Assembly (NCBI GenBank): GCA_963811165.1
Contig: CAWEQH010000001.1
Coordinates: 96,001 to 160,000 of the forward strand
Source: an uncultured Nitrospiraceae bacterium
Lineage (GTDB): Bacteria; Nitrospirota; Thermodesulfovibrionia; Thermodesulfovibrionales; UBA6898
DNA: 64,000 nt
Direction of reading: 5' to 3'
Positions 31,935-44,115 of the stretch are shown here, piece after piece. How positions within the stretch are numbered: position 1 is the first letter of the stretch; each line of letters opens with the position of its first letter. The translations under genes were made by a program, and so were the position numbers. The notes under the pieces are model-generated. The model saw nothing but the letters and a program-made list of their open reading frames with translations, made no database searches and was not told the origin of the DNA.

Positions 31935-33185
31935 ATGGCGAGGAAAAATACTACAAATCCGGATCCGGTTTTGATTAAGGATGTCCTTAACAAGCTTTCT
32001 ATCGACGAACTCGACATTAAGGGCAAAAGGGTATTTATCCGGGCCGATTTTAACGTGCCCCTCGACGACAACTTAAGGATAACGGACGACGGCCGGATAC
32101 GCTCCACTTTGCCTACGATCAACTATGCCATCGACGAAGGGGCAAAGGTGATCCTTGCCTCTCATCTGGGGAGGCCAAAAGGAAAACCCGATCCCAGATA
32201 CAGTCTTGCTCCGGTGGCAAAGAGACTTCACCGACTGCTCGACAAGGAAGTCGTGTTTGCTCCCGACTGCATAGGCCCGCAGGTCGAAGGCCTCGTCTCA
32301 AAGATGAAAGACGGCGACGTGGTCCTTCTTGAGAACCTCAGGTTTCATCCCGAAGAGGAGAAAAACGATGAGGCGTTCGCAAAGAGCCTTTCCAAATTCG
32401 CCGATTTTTATGTAAACGACGCCTTCGGTGCGGCCCACAGGGCCCACGCCTCCACGGTGGGGATCGCTAAATTCCTTCCTTCTGCGGCAGGCTTCCTCAT
32501 GAAAAAAGAGATCGAATACCTTAAGGGCGTTGTCAACAGTCCCGTTCGACCCTTTGTTGCGATCCTTGGCGGTGCAAAAGTCTCGGGCAAGATCGGCGTC
32601 CTCGAACATCTCGAGGCCAAAGTAGACAAGGTCTTGATAGGCGGAGGCATGGCCTTTACCTTCATCAAGGCGATGGGATTCGAGGTCGGTGATTCGCTCG
32701 TCGAAAACGACATGCTCGAGACCGCCGAACGGATACGAATAAAACTGCAGGCGGCGGGCATAAAGTTTTATCTTCCCGTCGACTGCGTAATCGCCCAGAC
32801 CCTTGAACCAGGGGCCGAGACGAAAATAGTCCCGACCATGGAAATCCCAAGGGGCTGGAGGGCCCTTGATATAGGGCCGGCCACGGTAAAACTCTTTTCG
32901 ATTGCCCTGGCAAACGCAAAGACCATCCTATGGAACGGTCCGATGGGAATATTCGAAGTCGATGCCTTCTCAAGAGGGACTTTTTCGATCGCCCATTCAG
33001 TGGCGGACGCTTACGCCCTGACTATCGTGGGAGGCGGAGACACCGACCTCGCCGTCCACCGGGCGGGCGTCTCGGACGCACTCTCTTTTATCTCTACCGG
33101 CGGCGGCGCCTCTTTGCAGTTGCTTGAGGGAAAGGAACTGCCCGGGATAGCCGCTCTTACCGACAAGCCGCCTGAGAGCGTCTGA
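31935..33185 (+). CDS. pgk: Phosphoglycerate kinase
   Basis: RADFNVP, SHLGRP, LLENLRF, ISTGGGASL. Confidence 0.98.
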   Translation: MARKNTTNPDPVLIKDVLNKLSIDELDIKGKRVFIRADFNVPLDDNLRITDDGRIRSTLPTINYAIDEGAKVILASHLGRPKGKPDPRYSLAPVAKRLHRLLDKEVVFAPDCIGPQVEGLVSKMKDGDVVLLENLRFHPEEEKNDEAFAKSLSKFADFYVNDAFGAAHRAHASTVGIAKFLPSAAGFLMKKEIEYLKGVVNSPVRPFVAILGGAKVSGKIGVLEHLEAKVDKVLIGGGMAFTFIKAMGFEVGDSLVENDMLETAERIRIKLQAAGIKFYLPVDCVIAQTLEPGAETKIVPTMEIPRGWRALDIGPATVKLFSIALANAKTILWNGPMGIFEVDAFSRGTFSIAHSVADAYALTIVGGGDTDLAVHRAGVSDALSFISTGGGASLQLLEGKELPGIAALTDKPPESV

Positions 33186-33206
33186 TTAGAGTTACCCGAA
33201 AGAAAC

Positions 33207-33236
33207 AAAAATCCCCCTTTAAAGGGGGATTTTTTT
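33207..33236. terminator. Bidirectional terminator
   Basis: AAAAATCCCCCTTT/AAAGGGGGATTTTTT between convergent pgk and speD. Confidence 0.75.
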
Positions 33237-33304
33237 ATTACGACAAGTCGGGCCGTTTCCTCCCTGGATAATGGGGAGAATCAGCTCACAACAAAAAACT
33301 CCGT

Positions 33305-33721
33305 TTAAATAACAGACTGAAGCTCAACCTTGTGCGGCAGTTTCTCATTCAAGTGCGAAAGTATCCCTCTTTTGAGCTCAACGATCGAAGGACTCTTGCT
33401 CTCAAACTGTTCAATAAGAAAAGAAGCCGCTACCTCAGGTTTTATGATATCACCGCAGGTAAATATGTCCACAGCCGCGTAGGAATACTCGGGCCACGTA
33501 TGGATCGACAGATGGGATTCCGCTATTACTACCATGCCGCTGATACCGAAAGGATTGAATTCGTGGAAAGATATGTCAACGATGGTCGCCTTGGCCTCTT
33601 TCGCCGCCGAGACCAATGCGTTTTTGACCTTCTCGAGGTCTTTGAGAATTTCGGGGTTGCACTCCCGTAATTCCACTAATAAATGGGTACCTAAAGCATG
33701 CAATCCTTTACCCCCCTTCAC
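33305..33721 (-). CDS. speD: S-adenosylmethionine decarboxylase proenzyme
   Basis: IAESHLSIHTWPE, VDIFTCG. Confidence 0.93.
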   Translation of the reverse strand: MKGGKGLHALGTHLLVELRECNPEILKDLEKVKNALVSAAKEAKATIVDISFHEFNPFGISGMVVIAESHLSIHTWPEYSYAAVDIFTCGDIIKPEVAASFLIEQFESKSPSIVELKRGILSHLNEKLPHKVELQSVI

Positions 33722-33825
33722 TATTATATTTACTGGGACGTATTCGCCCTCTTAAGCTAGACATTTTACAGCAAAAACGTAAAACTTGTCAAGAAAAAGT
33801 CTTCAAAAAAGTCTTCATATTATTT

Positions 33826-34710
33826 TCATGGGATCACCTTATTCAACTGATATTCCACAATCCCTGAGGCGCCGGCCTTCTTGAGTTTCGGGATAAGGTC
33901 GATCAATATCTGCTCGTCCATGACGACATCGAGGTCATACCAGCCCGCATCGGATAAGGCCGATATCGTAGGAGAATGCATCGCCGGCAGGAGGCTCATG
34001 ACACGTTTCAGGTCCTTTTTCTGGACGTTCATCTTCATCCCCACCTTCTCCTCCGCTGCAAGCGCACCTTTTAAGAGCATCACGATATTCTCCATCTTCT
34101 GCCTTTTCCATTTGTCCTGCCACGCATGCCGGTTTGAGATGAAACGCGTGCTGGACTCAAGGATCGTCTCTACGATCCTGAGATTGTTGGCCCTGAGGGA
34201 AGTGCCGGTCTCCGTGAGTTCGACGATCGCATCGGCCAGATGGGGCGGCTTCACCTCCGTGGCCCCCCACGAAAAATCTATCTCCGCTTTTATGTTCTTC
34301 GATTTCAGATATCTTTTTGTGTAGCCCACAAGTTCCGTTGCGATCCTCTTGCCCCTCAAATCCCTGACGCTCTTTATCTTTGAATCGTTGGGGACGGCGA
34401 TCACCCACTTGACGGGCCTCAGGCCCTCTTTTGCGTAATTCAGTTCGGCGACCTCTTTCACGTCGGCGGCCTGCTCCATGATCCAGTCATACCCCGTAAG
34501 TCCGCAGTCGAGAATTCCCCCTTCAACGTAGCGCGCCATCTCCTGTGCCCTTATAAGCATCGACTCTATCTGGCAATCGTCGAATACCGGATAATAGGAG
34601 CGGGGGGAAACCGAGATGTGATATCCCGCCTTCCGGAAAAGTTTCAGCGTCGACTCCTGCAGGCTCCCCTTCGGCAGTCCGAGTTTAAGAATTTTATTTT
34701 TTGTCTTCAT
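33826..34710 (-). CDS. hisG: ATP phosphoribosyltransferase (long form)
   Basis: [28 protein letters not shown]-terminal regulatory domain. Confidence 0.95.
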   Translation of the reverse strand: MKTKNKILKLGLPKGSLQESTLKLFRKAGYHISVSPRSYYPVFDDCQIESMLIRAQEMARYVEGGILDCGLTGYDWIMEQAADVKEVAELNYAKEGLRPVKWVIAVPNDSKIKSVRDLRGKRIATELVGYTKRYLKSKNIKAEIDFSWGATEVKPPHLADAIVELTETGTSLRANNLRIVETILESSTRFISNRHAWQDKWKRQKMENIVMLLKGALAAEEKVGMKMNVQKKDLKRVMSLLPAMHSPTISALSDAGWYDLDVVMDEQILIDLIPKLKKAGASGIVEYQLNKVIP

Positions 34711-34724
34711 TGTCCGTCCTTTCC

Positions 34725-36023
34725 CTAACGAAGCATTTTTCGCTTTATCATCGCTTTCCTGATTCTAATAGTATTCGCATGCGCTTCAAGGCCTTCGATA
34801 TCAGCGAGGGCCTCGACCACGGCCGATAGCTTCATAAACCCCTTTCTTGTAAACCCCACAAGGCTCGAACGCTTGTAAAAATCATATACCCCCAAAGGAG
34901 AGAAAAACCGTGAGGTCCCGCCCGTGGGGAGGGTATGATTAGGTCCGGCAGAGTAGTCGCCGAGGGCTTCCGGGGTCCAGTGGCCGAGAAAAACCGCACC
35001 CGCGTTATCCACAAGCGGTAACAGTTTTTCAGGCGTTTCGGTCATGATTTCCAGGTGCTCAGGCGCGATCCGGTTCGAAAGGGCCACGGCTTCGACCAAA
35101 TCCTTTGCCACCACTATCGCGCCGTAGCGCCTGATCGACGCCCGCGCGATCTTCTTTCTTTTAAGATGGACGAGCTGCCTTGGCACCTCATCCGACACGG
35201 CCGAGGCGAGCCTCTCCGAAACGGTCACCAGTATCGACGAGGCGAGTTCGTCATGCTCTGCCTGGCTCAGAAGATCCGCAGCAACGGCAGAGGCATCGGC
35301 GGAATTATCGGCGATGATCAGTATTTCGCTCGGCCCGGCGATCATATCGATATCGACAAGCCCGAAAACCATCCGCTTGGCGGTCGCAACAAAGATATTT
35401 CCGGGGCCAACAATCTTGTCCACCTTCTTTAAGGCCTTCGTTCCATACGCCATGGCGCCTATGGCCTGCGCTCCGCCGATCCGATATACTTCGGAAATCC
35501 CGAGCATCTCTATTGCGGCCATTACGTAAGGATTAAGCCGTCCCTCGGGAGCGGGAACACAGAGCGCGATCTCCTTCACCCCCGCGACCTGGGCGGGGAT
35601 GACGTTCATGAGGACGGTCGAAGGGTAGGCAGCGGTACCGCCGGGGACATACACCCCGACCCTCTTAAGCGGCCGTATGGATTGCCCCAGCACGGCCCCC
35701 CCCTCGCAAAAAGACCACGATTTTTCAGTCTGTTTCGCATGGAATTTCCTGATCCTCCTGGCCGAGACCGCCAGCGCCCTTACTATTTTCGGATCGGCCT
35801 TCTCTGCACTTCTTTTTATTTCCGGTAAGCCCAGTCTGAGTCTCGTTGCCTTTTGATCATCAAATTTACGGGTGTACTTAAGTACCGCCTCATCTCCCGA
35901 GTGTTTCACGTCGTCGAGGACCGCCCTCACCGCTCTCTCTATGGCAGGGTTGTCAGAGGAACTGCGCGACTGAAGGGCCGTAAGAAGCTCCTTGAATGCC
36001 CTTTCCGTTTTGATTATCTTCAT
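34725..36023 (-). CDS. hisD: Histidinol dehydrogenase
   Basis: [38 protein letters not shown]. Confidence 0.96.
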   Translation of the reverse strand: MKIIKTERAFKELLTALQSRSSSDNPAIERAVRAVLDDVKHSGDEAVLKYTRKFDDQKATRLRLGLPEIKRSAEKADPKIVRALAVSARRIRKFHAKQTEKSWSFCEGGAVLGQSIRPLKRVGVYVPGGTAAYPSTVLMNVIPAQVAGVKEIALCVPAPEGRLNPYVMAAIEMLGISEVYRIGGAQAIGAMAYGTKALKKVDKIVGPGNIFVATAKRMVFGLVDIDMIAGPSEILIIADNSADASAVAADLLSQAEHDELASSILVTVSERLASAVSDEVPRQLVHLKRKKIARASIRRYGAIVVAKDLVEAVALSNRIAPEHLEIMTETPEKLLPLVDNAGAVFLGHWTPEALGDYSAGPNHTLPTGGTSRFFSPLGVYDFYKRSSLVGFTRKGFMKLSAVVEALADIEGLEAHANTIRIRKAMIKRKMLR

Positions 36024-36134
36024 GCCCTTAATTCTATAGCTTGGCATCCAATTATTCAAGTTCTTTGGGCAGTTGCGAAAGATATAGAACGATCGAATCA
36101 TTGACATATTGGGCCCTCTCAAGTAAAGTTTAGT

Positions 36135-37448
36135 ATGTCTGAATACGACCAAAAGAGTAAGAACCAGGCTATTCAGGAAATAACCAGGAAGGTCCGCCTC
36201 TCCTTCTTAATTGTCGCATTCGTGATAATCACCCTCTTTGCAGTTGTCTTCAATTATCTCTTCGGTTCTCCTTCGACTTCGCTTTTTTTTCTGCCTGATA
36301 TCTCGGTAACCATGATTATGGGGATAGCCCTTTTCCTCTCGGTGATCGGGCTGGGGTATCTGGTGAGAATGTCGAATCAGGTCCTCCGGATAATCCATGA
36401 CTACAGCAGCCGGCTCGAAAAGATCTTGAGTATAACAAGGGACCTCAGAGAAGAGATGTACGGTGATATCCTTCTTGAGAAGATAATGGATTATGCTCTT
36501 TCGATCACCAGTTCTGAGGCAGGATCAATCCTTTTGCTCGACAGCGGCTCACTCGTATTCAAGATCGTAAGAGGGGAAAAAGCGCAACAACTCGTCGGGA
36601 CTTCGGTCGAGAAAGGCAAAGGCCTCACCGGCTGGGTGGCTGAAACAGGCATACCGGTGCGTATCGCAAACGCGGCAGAGGATAAAAGGTTCAACCCCGA
36701 TGTCGATGCGATGACCGGGTTTGAGACAAAAACAATCCTGTGCGTGCCGCTCAAGACGCACTCTGCGGTTATCGGCGTCCTGGAACTATTAAACAGATCG
36801 GGAGGATTTGAATACAGGGAGCGGGACGAGGAGATCATCACATATCTTGCGGAGCAGGCTGCCATCTCGATCACCAAGACAAAATTTTATGAGGACCAGA
36901 AGAATTATGAAATCCATCTCACGGAGATGCTCCTGGAGGCGATCGACTGCCAGATCCCCGAAAAAAAGGGCCATTCCAGAAGAGTGGCTCGGTACAGCAA
37001 TATCATCGCAAAAGGCCTCAACATGTCCGACGACGAAAAGAAAAAGCTCTATCTTGCCAGCCTCCTGCACGACGTCGGGTTCCTCAAGATCAGCTCCGAC
37101 GCAAACTTCAAGAGAGAAGAATTCATGCGCCATCCCGAGGTGGGATATGAAATGATAAAACAGATAAATTTCTATGCCGGCATCGCCCCGTTTATCCTTC
37201 ACCACCATGAAAGGTATGATGGATACGGATACCCCTCGAAGCTCAGCGGCGAGGCCATCCCTCTTGAGGCCCGGATAATCGCGATCGCCGAGGCATTCGA
37301 TGCGATGATAAGTCTGACCTCATACCGCGTGCCGGTGAGTTATAATGAAGCAATAGATGAACTCAAACGGAAGGCGGGAACCCAATTCGATCAGGAATTG
37401 GTCGAGATCTTCACAACGAATATTGAGCCGCAGCACATCAAAGCGTAA
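36135..37448 (+). CDS. Membrane GAF plus HD-GYP phosphodiesterase
   Basis: Two TM helices, GAF domain, LLHDVG, HHERYDGYGYP; upstream TTGACA-17-TAAAGT promoter. Confidence 0.88.
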   Translation: MSEYDQKSKNQAIQEITRKVRLSFLIVAFVIITLFAVVFNYLFGSPSTSLFFLPDISVTMIMGIALFLSVIGLGYLVRMSNQVLRIIHDYSSRLEKILSITRDLREEMYGDILLEKIMDYALSITSSEAGSILLLDSGSLVFKIVRGEKAQQLVGTSVEKGKGLTGWVAETGIPVRIANAAEDKRFNPDVDAMTGFETKTILCVPLKTHSAVIGVLELLNRSGGFEYRERDEEIITYLAEQAAISITKTKFYEDQKNYEIHLTEMLLEAIDCQIPEKKGHSRRVARYSNIIAKGLNMSDDEKKKLYLASLLHDVGFLKISSDANFKREEFMRHPEVGYEMIKQINFYAGIAPFILHHHERYDGYGYPSKLSGEAIPLEARIIAIAEAFDAMISLTSYRVPVSYNEAIDELKRKAGTQFDQELVEIFTTNIEPQHIKA

Positions 37449-38534
37449 CTATGACCGGGACAGCATTTTGTCCAACAGATCTTTTTCGATGACTTCTCCG
37501 GCCCCCTCACCCTGCCTGCGGTAGATATCGAGGACCGAGGACGCCAGCTCGCCGGCCTTTTCGTATCCCTTCTTCCGCGCCTTCTCAACAAGCTGCCAGT
37601 CTTCTTTTTTCGTAAAAAAGAGGAACATTTCCTGAATCTCCGGGAATAGCATCTTCCGAAATCCCCCCAGGGATGAAAGGTAAAAACCGAGCGAACCTTT
37701 TCTTCTCTTTTCGATGATGAATTTCAGCATGCCTCTGTCGGACGTATCCGAAAGCACGTCCTTAATGCCTCTGACAAACAACTCCGCCCTCCCGGTGAGA
37801 GGACCTGAAAGCATCGCCTTCCACAACCCCCCAAGCATCGCCCCCTCATGGGCTTCTCCGATTTCATGAGAGATGTATGCGCCGATCTCTTCATCTGCGA
37901 TCTGCACGATCTTGGCAAAGAGGGATTCGTCGGCTGCGTCCTGAGGACCTATTCCGTACCGTGAAAAAGCATATAAAAGGGGACCGCTATATTTTTTGGG
38001 CCTGATTTCTTCACGCTTGTCCCAGAGCACCGCTGCCAGGGCATCTCTCCTGGCAACTATCGTATTTCTCTGAAGCATCGCGGGATACGCGGAAAGATCT
38101 CTCACCAACTCGCGTCCGGTGATGATCACGTCATATTCATCTATAGATTCCTTCGAAAGAAGCTCAGCCAGAAAAAAGGAGGGTTTCATCCGGATTCCCA
38201 GACCGGCGCCGTAGAGCAGTCCCTCTTTCTCAAGAAGACGGTTGACGCCTTCACTTTCAAACGGGGAAATTTCCGCCTCCTGCACGGAGAGATTAACAAA
38301 TTCCCTCTCTTCAATCTCGTGCCATAGATCCTCCTTGGCGGCTATCCACTCTGCAATGACCTCCCGTGGTATCTCCTCCCAGGGCTTGACCCCCTTTTCA
38401 TGGCGAAAGAGTTCCCGCAGTCTAAGCAACAGGCCGCAGATCGAATAGTTCCCCCAGAACCTCGCGTCGGAGATGTCACAATTCATCTTTACCTGAGCAC
38501 TCAGCGCTTCGATATGGAGATCCATGTTTCCCAT
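37449..38534 (-). CDS. Conserved hypothetical protein (resembles the Sfum_1244 family)
   Basis: NCDISDA, SICGLLLRLR, HEIGE motifs. Confidence 0.7.
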   Translation of the reverse strand: MGNMDLHIEALSAQVKMNCDISDARFWGNYSICGLLLRLRELFRHEKGVKPWEEIPREVIAEWIAAKEDLWHEIEEREFVNLSVQEAEISPFESEGVNRLLEKEGLLYGAGLGIRMKPSFFLAELLSKESIDEYDVIITGRELVRDLSAYPAMLQRNTIVARRDALAAVLWDKREEIRPKKYSGPLLYAFSRYGIGPQDAADESLFAKIVQIADEEIGAYISHEIGEAHEGAMLGGLWKAMLSGPLTGRAELFVRGIKDVLSDTSDRGMLKFIIEKRRKGSLGFYLSSLGGFRKMLFPEIQEMFLFFTKKEDWQLVEKARKKGYEKAGELASSVLDIYRRQGEGAGEVIEKDLLDKMLSRS

Positions 38535-38637
38535 TTTCTTTATTTTACCAAAACAAGTCGCAGGGAATTCTATTTACAGGATTTATTAGGTATCATTGAG
38601 ACAGACGAATTATTAATCCTGCGGGCTTGCCGGATAG

Positions 38638-41308
38638 ATGAACAATAGGAAATTTCTCACCATACCAGAAGGCTTTCTTGCTGCGGCAGAGAGCTTTCCC
38701 GATGATCCTGTCTTCCACTATTATCGGGGCGGCTGGAAGATGCTCACGTATCGCGGTCTTACCGCAGGGGTGACCGCGATCGCCTCTTATCTCGTCCGAC
38801 TCGGCCTGAAGCACGGCGGGAGGGTCGCGATCATATCTGAAAACAGGCCGGAGTGGTGTTTTGCCTATTTGGCGACTGCTCTTGCCGGGGGCGTAGCGGT
38901 CCCGATAGACGCCAAGCTGGGACCTGATGAAATCCGGAACCTCCTGAAAGACTGCGAACCGGACGTGGTCTTCCGCAGCCGGCAGACACTCACCGCAGTC
39001 GATATGCAGCAAAAAAATATTTCGGAAAGTCTCAATAGACGTATCTCCCTCATCGACTTTGACTCCTCCGAATACGAATCCATTCTCCATGAAAAACTAT
39101 CCGTGGACCTCCCTAAAACCGGCCCCGACGATATCGCCTCGATTATTTATACCTCGGGCACGACCGGAATTCCCAAGGGGGTGCTTCTGACCCATGGTAA
39201 CTTCTGTTCGGACGCGGAGGCGCTCATCGGTGCGAGAATCGTCTCGCATGAAGACAATGTGGCCTCCGTCCTCCCCCTTCACCATACCTATGCCTTTATG
39301 TGCACCTTTTTGGTGCCGGTCTTTCTCGGCGCTTCGATCACCTACCCGGCCAGCCTTAAGGGGCCTGACCTCATGTCCGCAATCAGGGAGAGGGAAGTGA
39401 GCGTTTTGATCTGCGTGCCCCAGCTCCTGTCTATGATAAGAAGCGGCATCCTCGCCAGGATAGACGCCCTCTCGGGCCCCCTCACATTCGTCCTTACGAA
39501 GGTCCTCAGGCTATCAGGTTTTTTTCGCGGGAGGTTGGGGATCAATATCGGAAGAATAATATTTTCTTCCGCGCACCGGGCAGTCGGTCCCCACTTTAGG
39601 TTCTTCGGCAGCGGCGGGGCGAGACTCGACCCATTGGTGATGAAAGACCTTGAGGCACTAGGCTTCACGGTCTTAGAGGGGTACGGCCTCACCGAGACCT
39701 CGCCCGTCGTCACCTTTAATCCGATCTCAAAGAGAAAGCCCGGCTCTGCGGGCAGGCCCCTGCCCTCTGTCGAAATAAGGATAGAGGGCCCTTCTGAAGG
39801 CGGGGAGGGCGAGATCGAGATAAAAGGACCCATGGTGATGAAGGGCTATTATCGAAACCCCTCCGCTACTGCTGAAGTAATGCGGGATGGATGGTTCAGG
39901 ACCGGCGACATCGGCCGGATCGACCGGGACGGCTATCTCTTTATCACAGGGCGTTCAAAAGAGGTAATCGTCCTTAGTTCCGGAAAGAATATCTACCCGG
40001 AGGACGTGGAAAAGGTATACCTGGGTTCGCCTCTTATCAAGGAAATCTGCATTGTCGGCTCCGGTGAAAAGGGTTTGACCGAGACACTCCATGCGATTGT
40101 CGTACCCGATCTGGAATATGCAAGAAAGGCGCATTTGTCGAATATTCCGGAGGCGATAAAATGGGAGATGACCGAGATATCTTCAAGGATCCCGTCCTAT
40201 ATGAGGGTCACCGGTTTTTCAATCCGCACCGAGCCCCTTCCAAGGACGCCTCTGGGCAAACTGAGGCGTTTCATGATCAGGGAAGAAGCCGGGAGGCCCG
40301 AGACCGCAGAGAGAGATGCCGGAGAGGCTTTTTTTGAAGATGAGACCGGCCGGAAGGTCTCCGAAGAATTGAAGCGGTTCGTGAAAGGGGACAGGAGGAT
40401 CGGCCCGAAGGACAACATCGAACTCGACATCGGCCTTGATTCGCTTGCAAAGATAGAACTCGTCGTGGCCCTCGAGAAGGCTTTCTCCTTAAAGCTTCCG
40501 GAGGATTTTTTGTCGGGCATTCAGACCGTTGAGGAGCTGATCGAAAAAGTAAAATTGCAGAGCGCTCAAGAGTATTTCCCGGGAACATCAGGGGAAGGCG
40601 GGTGGAAAGACATTCTGGCTAAAGAGGTGTCCGAAAGCGACCTGAGGATCATCTCTCTTGAGAGGCCGCAAAGCAGGATGATCCCGTCCCTTGTCGCATA
40701 CTCCGGGTTGAAGTGTGTATTGGGGGTGTTATTCAGGCTTGAGGCGCGCGGAACGGAAAATCTGCCTAAAGGCAACTGTCATCATAACGCCAAACCACTC
40801 GAGTTACCTTGACGGCTTTGCGGTCATTCTGTCGCTTCCCTTTTCAAACTTTAAGAATACGTATACCCTGGGCCTGAGCGATTTTTTCACCGGCGCTATT
40901 AAGAGCAGGCTCGCAAAGATCGGCCACGTGGTCCCGATAGACTCCTCTGCCTATCTTAACAAGGCCCTCCAGATGTCGGCCTATGTCATAAGAAACAAGC
41001 GCTCGCTGGTTGTCTTCCCTGAAGGAGGCCGCTCCTTTGATGGAAATCTCCTTGAGTTCAAAAAAGGTATCGGCATACTCGCCGTCGAGATGGGAGTCCC
41101 TGTTGTCCCGGCATATATTGAAGGGACCTTTCAGGTACTTCCGCGCGGCGCGGTGTTTCCCGGGCCGGGAAAGATATCCGTTACCTTCGGCAGGCCCCTT
41201 TTTGCAAAGGACATAGACTTCTCGAAAAAACCGCCCGATGTCGACAACTATCAATATTTCGCGAATGTATTAAGAGAAAAGGTGATAGTATTAAAAGAGA
41301 AACCATAA
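38638..41308 (+). CDS. Acyl-CoA synthetase-ACP-PlsC acyltransferase fusion, frameshifted near 40777
   Basis: YTSGTTG, GYGLTETSP, ACP LDSL; NHSSYLD and FPEG continue in the other frame (40715-41308). Confidence 0.85.
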
Positions 41309-41319
41309 AGGAGATGCCC

Positions 41320-41817
41320 ATGAAGGCTATTTTCCCGCTTTTGATCAGTGCGTTGCTGGGATACGTTTTTTTGCAGGCGGGATCTGCCGTGGATGTGTAC
41401 GCCCAGGAAGGCACGCGTGCGGCGGGTTCTTTTACCAAACACTTCGGGGAAACCCCCTTTGACATTACGGCAAAGGCCAAATTCAGCGTAGAAATTTTAC
41501 CGGATGACAGGGAATATAAGAAACTCGGCAAGGACGTTGTCGGGATTGTAATACACAATTCCCACGATGAGGACGTAGAGAAGGCCGCCGTCACAATAGA
41601 CTTCCGGAATCTTGACACCGGCGAGCCCGCAGGGGAAAAACCCGTGGTAAATGAAAAGGGCGACGGCCTTTACACAGTCTCTCATCTTGACCTGAAAAAA
41701 GAAGGCCGCTGGAAACTTACGATAACGATTAAAAAAGGCCCGGATGAGGACAGCGCCCAATTTCTCTTGCCAAATGCGTTAGGGCGACGTTTGCCGGCAG
41801 GGAGATATAATCCCTGA
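41320..41817 (+). CDS. Exported YtkA/FixH-like protein
   Basis: Signal peptide; EKGDGLY..GRWKLTITI. Confidence 0.6.
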   Translation: MKAIFPLLISALLGYVFLQAGSAVDVYAQEGTRAAGSFTKHFGETPFDITAKAKFSVEILPDDREYKKLGKDVVGIVIHNSHDEDVEKAAVTIDFRNLDTGEPAGEKPVVNEKGDGLYTVSHLDLKKEGRWKLTITIKKGPDEDSAQFLLPNALGRRLPAGRYNP

Positions 41818-41861
41818 TTCTGCCGCGGTCGGACTTATTTTGAGATTGTCCGGCGACCACT

Positions 41862-42086
41862 TTACCGACACAGCGAATTCTCGTACTGAAACCCGTCTCT
41901 GTCTATCTTCCCATCTTTAAACTGCGAGAGAATTTTATAAACGGTCGGCAGCTTCATCCCGGCCCTGGCGGCTATCCCTTTTACGGACAGTCTTGGGTCC
42001 TCTATATGGATGTCGAGTATCTTCCTCCGATCTTTTGCCGTAAGTCTTTTCCTGCCGGCTTTTTTCCCTTTGTCCTTGTCAGCCAT
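41862..42086 (-). CDS. Small helix-turn-helix protein
   Basis: LSVKGIAARAGMKLPTVYKIL. Confidence 0.6.
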   Translation of the reverse strand: MADKDKGKKAGRKRLTAKDRRKILDIHIEDPRLSVKGIAARAGMKLPTVYKILSQFKDGKIDRDGFQYENSLCR

Positions 42087-42222
42087 AGCGATGAAAATAC
42101 CAAAAAAAGAAAATGAAATCAATACCGGCCGCTTGGATCATGGGTCATAAAGTTGCCCGGGGTCAGTAAAATACCGGCGCCTGCAGGCCCTGGCGGACAT
42201 AGCGAGAAAAGACCGGCGGCGT

Positions 42223-43077
42223 TCAAAACAGATCAATAACTTTGTTTTGTACTACTTTGGTCTTTCGGGGAAGATCCACCCTCTCAACTACCCACACTTT
42301 CGGACCGTTTTCTTCTACATGAAATTTGCCGTCGTCCGTAAGAGGCGAGAGGGCCCACTCAAAGAGCTTCCTTGCATCCGCAAGCTCAGGCTTGCGGGGA
42401 AAGCCGTAAAACTCCTTCTGCATCTCCTCATCGTAGAGACCGACGCAGCCGTGGGACGCAGGGTACCCGGGCATGTCGCGGCCGTGAAGCCAGTAAGATA
42501 CCCCCTCTCCGTCGATATGAAACCTCAGTCCGTAATGCATCGGGTAGGGGATATCGGAGTCCTTGATGAAATATGCCGACGATTCATGTTTACGGTTAAA
42601 TGCACTGACCCTGAATTTGCCGGCCGGGGTTTTATTCGTTTTTTTCCCCGAAGCGATAGGGGTCGAGAAAACAAGCCGCCCGCGCTCATACGCCCCCAGG
42701 AACTGCTTCGAAAGATCTACGAGAATAAATTTCTCTTCTTCCTCGGCCGGCCCAAAACGGCGGGGCATAGGAGTATAATCGCGGAGGTCGGCAGGCCGCT
42801 TCGGGAATTTCAGATAGACCCCGGCATGGGCGTGTCGCCGGTCGATCCTGTTGAACCGGGCGACGTCCTGCCATCTCTCCCCGAAAAGCTTTTCGAGCGT
42901 TTCGCCCTTGCCCATGCGCCTGCATTCCCACTCTATCGCCTTGTCACCGGGGTAGGTTTTGCAGAAGGAGCGGGCAGTCCCCGCATCCGCATTCTTTGCT
43001 GATAGGGAAAGGAAAGAAAACAAAAAGGGGAGCGTCCATAACAGACATACGCAGCTTTTTCCAAAACGCCACAACAA
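42223..43077 (-). CDS. L,D-transpeptidase (YkuD family)
   Basis: ILVDLS, TPAG, WLHG...ASHGCV. Confidence 0.88.
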   Translation of the reverse strand: MLWRFGKSCVCLLWTLPFLFSFLSLSAKNADAGTARSFCKTYPGDKAIEWECRRMGKGETLEKLFGERWQDVARFNRIDRRHAHAGVYLKFPKRPADLRDYTPMPRRFGPAEEEEKFILVDLSKQFLGAYERGRLVFSTPIASGKKTNKTPAGKFRVSAFNRKHESSAYFIKDSDIPYPMHYGLRFHIDGEGVSYWLHGRDMPGYPASHGCVGLYDEEMQKEFYGFPRKPELADARKLFEWALSPLTDDGKFHVEENGPKVWVVERVDLPRKTKVVQNKVIDLF

Positions 43078-43316
43078 GGACTTACGACTCTTTATTGCAC
43101 ATACACTGCAATCTGTTTGTACCTAACATGCAATAATCCTAACAATTATGCGCATAAACCGCAATATTCTTGAATACTCTGAAAGGGCTGCGGAGATTCA
43201 GCCGAAGATAAAGAAGGGAGGGTATGGAGATTAATATCAGAGATAAGTAATTAGATAAGTAATTGAAAGGAGCCTGAGCAAAAACAGACTCAGGGCAAGC
43301 CTACAGTTGACCTAAT

Positions 43317-43526
43317 TCAAAACCCGTAATTGTATTGCCATTTCCTTCTTAAACATTTCGCCAAAAATAGCGCACAGTTGTCATAGGTTCCGCTGTTGCA
43401 GCGATTCAATCTTACTAGTGCCCCAATTTTGAGAGATCTCACGGATGCCCCACATACATCGGTCTTCGCATCACAGTACGGACACACATCCGAATCTTCT
43501 TTCGCTTCCGTTGTTTTTGCATTCAT
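43317..43526 (-). CDS. Small Cys-rich hypothetical protein
   Basis: AGGAGG SD; CPYCD...C...C...C pattern. Confidence 0.6.
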   Translation of the reverse strand: MNAKTTEAKEDSDVCPYCDAKTDVCGASVRSLKIGALVRLNRCNSGTYDNCALFLAKCLRRKWQYNYGF

Positions 43527-43821
43527 AGTATTCACCTCCTTTCTTTTTCACACGTTAATGAACACTCATTACCGCATTATTAACTATAACGCTCGGCAGA
43601 TCTTGTTTTGGCCTTATCCAACCCTCCTTGGTTTCAATTTCCTCTTCGTAATCACAAAGAACATTAGAACACTCATAATGAGTTCCCCTATCCAACATCT
43701 CTCTGCCGCACGCTATGCATTTCATGAAATTTCCCCCTTCCTGCTGTATGGATTACTACTTACAGTTTAATAAAAGATTGTTACAGGAAAATGACTTTAC
43801 GGTGAAACTTTGACGACATCC

Positions 43822-43959
43822 TGTTTACAGGCATGCCTCATTGACCCACTTTATAACCTTTTCGGTATTCAGTATTCACCCATGACCCGGCCTCCACGTT
43901 ATTAAATCAATTTGCCGCTGAACACCCCGGTCGAACTTGGACTTCAGTGCCGATGCACA
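43822..43959. mobile_element. IS21-like MITE, copy 1 (internally shortened)
   Basis: TGTTTACAGGCATGC..TTGACCCACT start and CAGTGCCGATGCACA end; similar to 51828-51991 and 53801-53966. Confidence 0.65.
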
Positions 43960-44115
43960 TATTTACCTGCCCGGATGGCATTATAGCCCATATTGTGGAC
44001 CGGAAGGGGGGGCTTAGCAGCTCGCTGCTTTTTGATATTATGTTAGTAAATTACTGTACTTTTGGCGTCATTTTCCCTTATAATTACGGACCAGCCCGGG
44101 CTGTTCGTCGAAAAT

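Noticed and set aside
40760..40812. Programmed frameshift in the acyl-CoA synthetase fusion
   Set aside because: No slippery sequence is seen; a single-base indel error or mutation is simpler.
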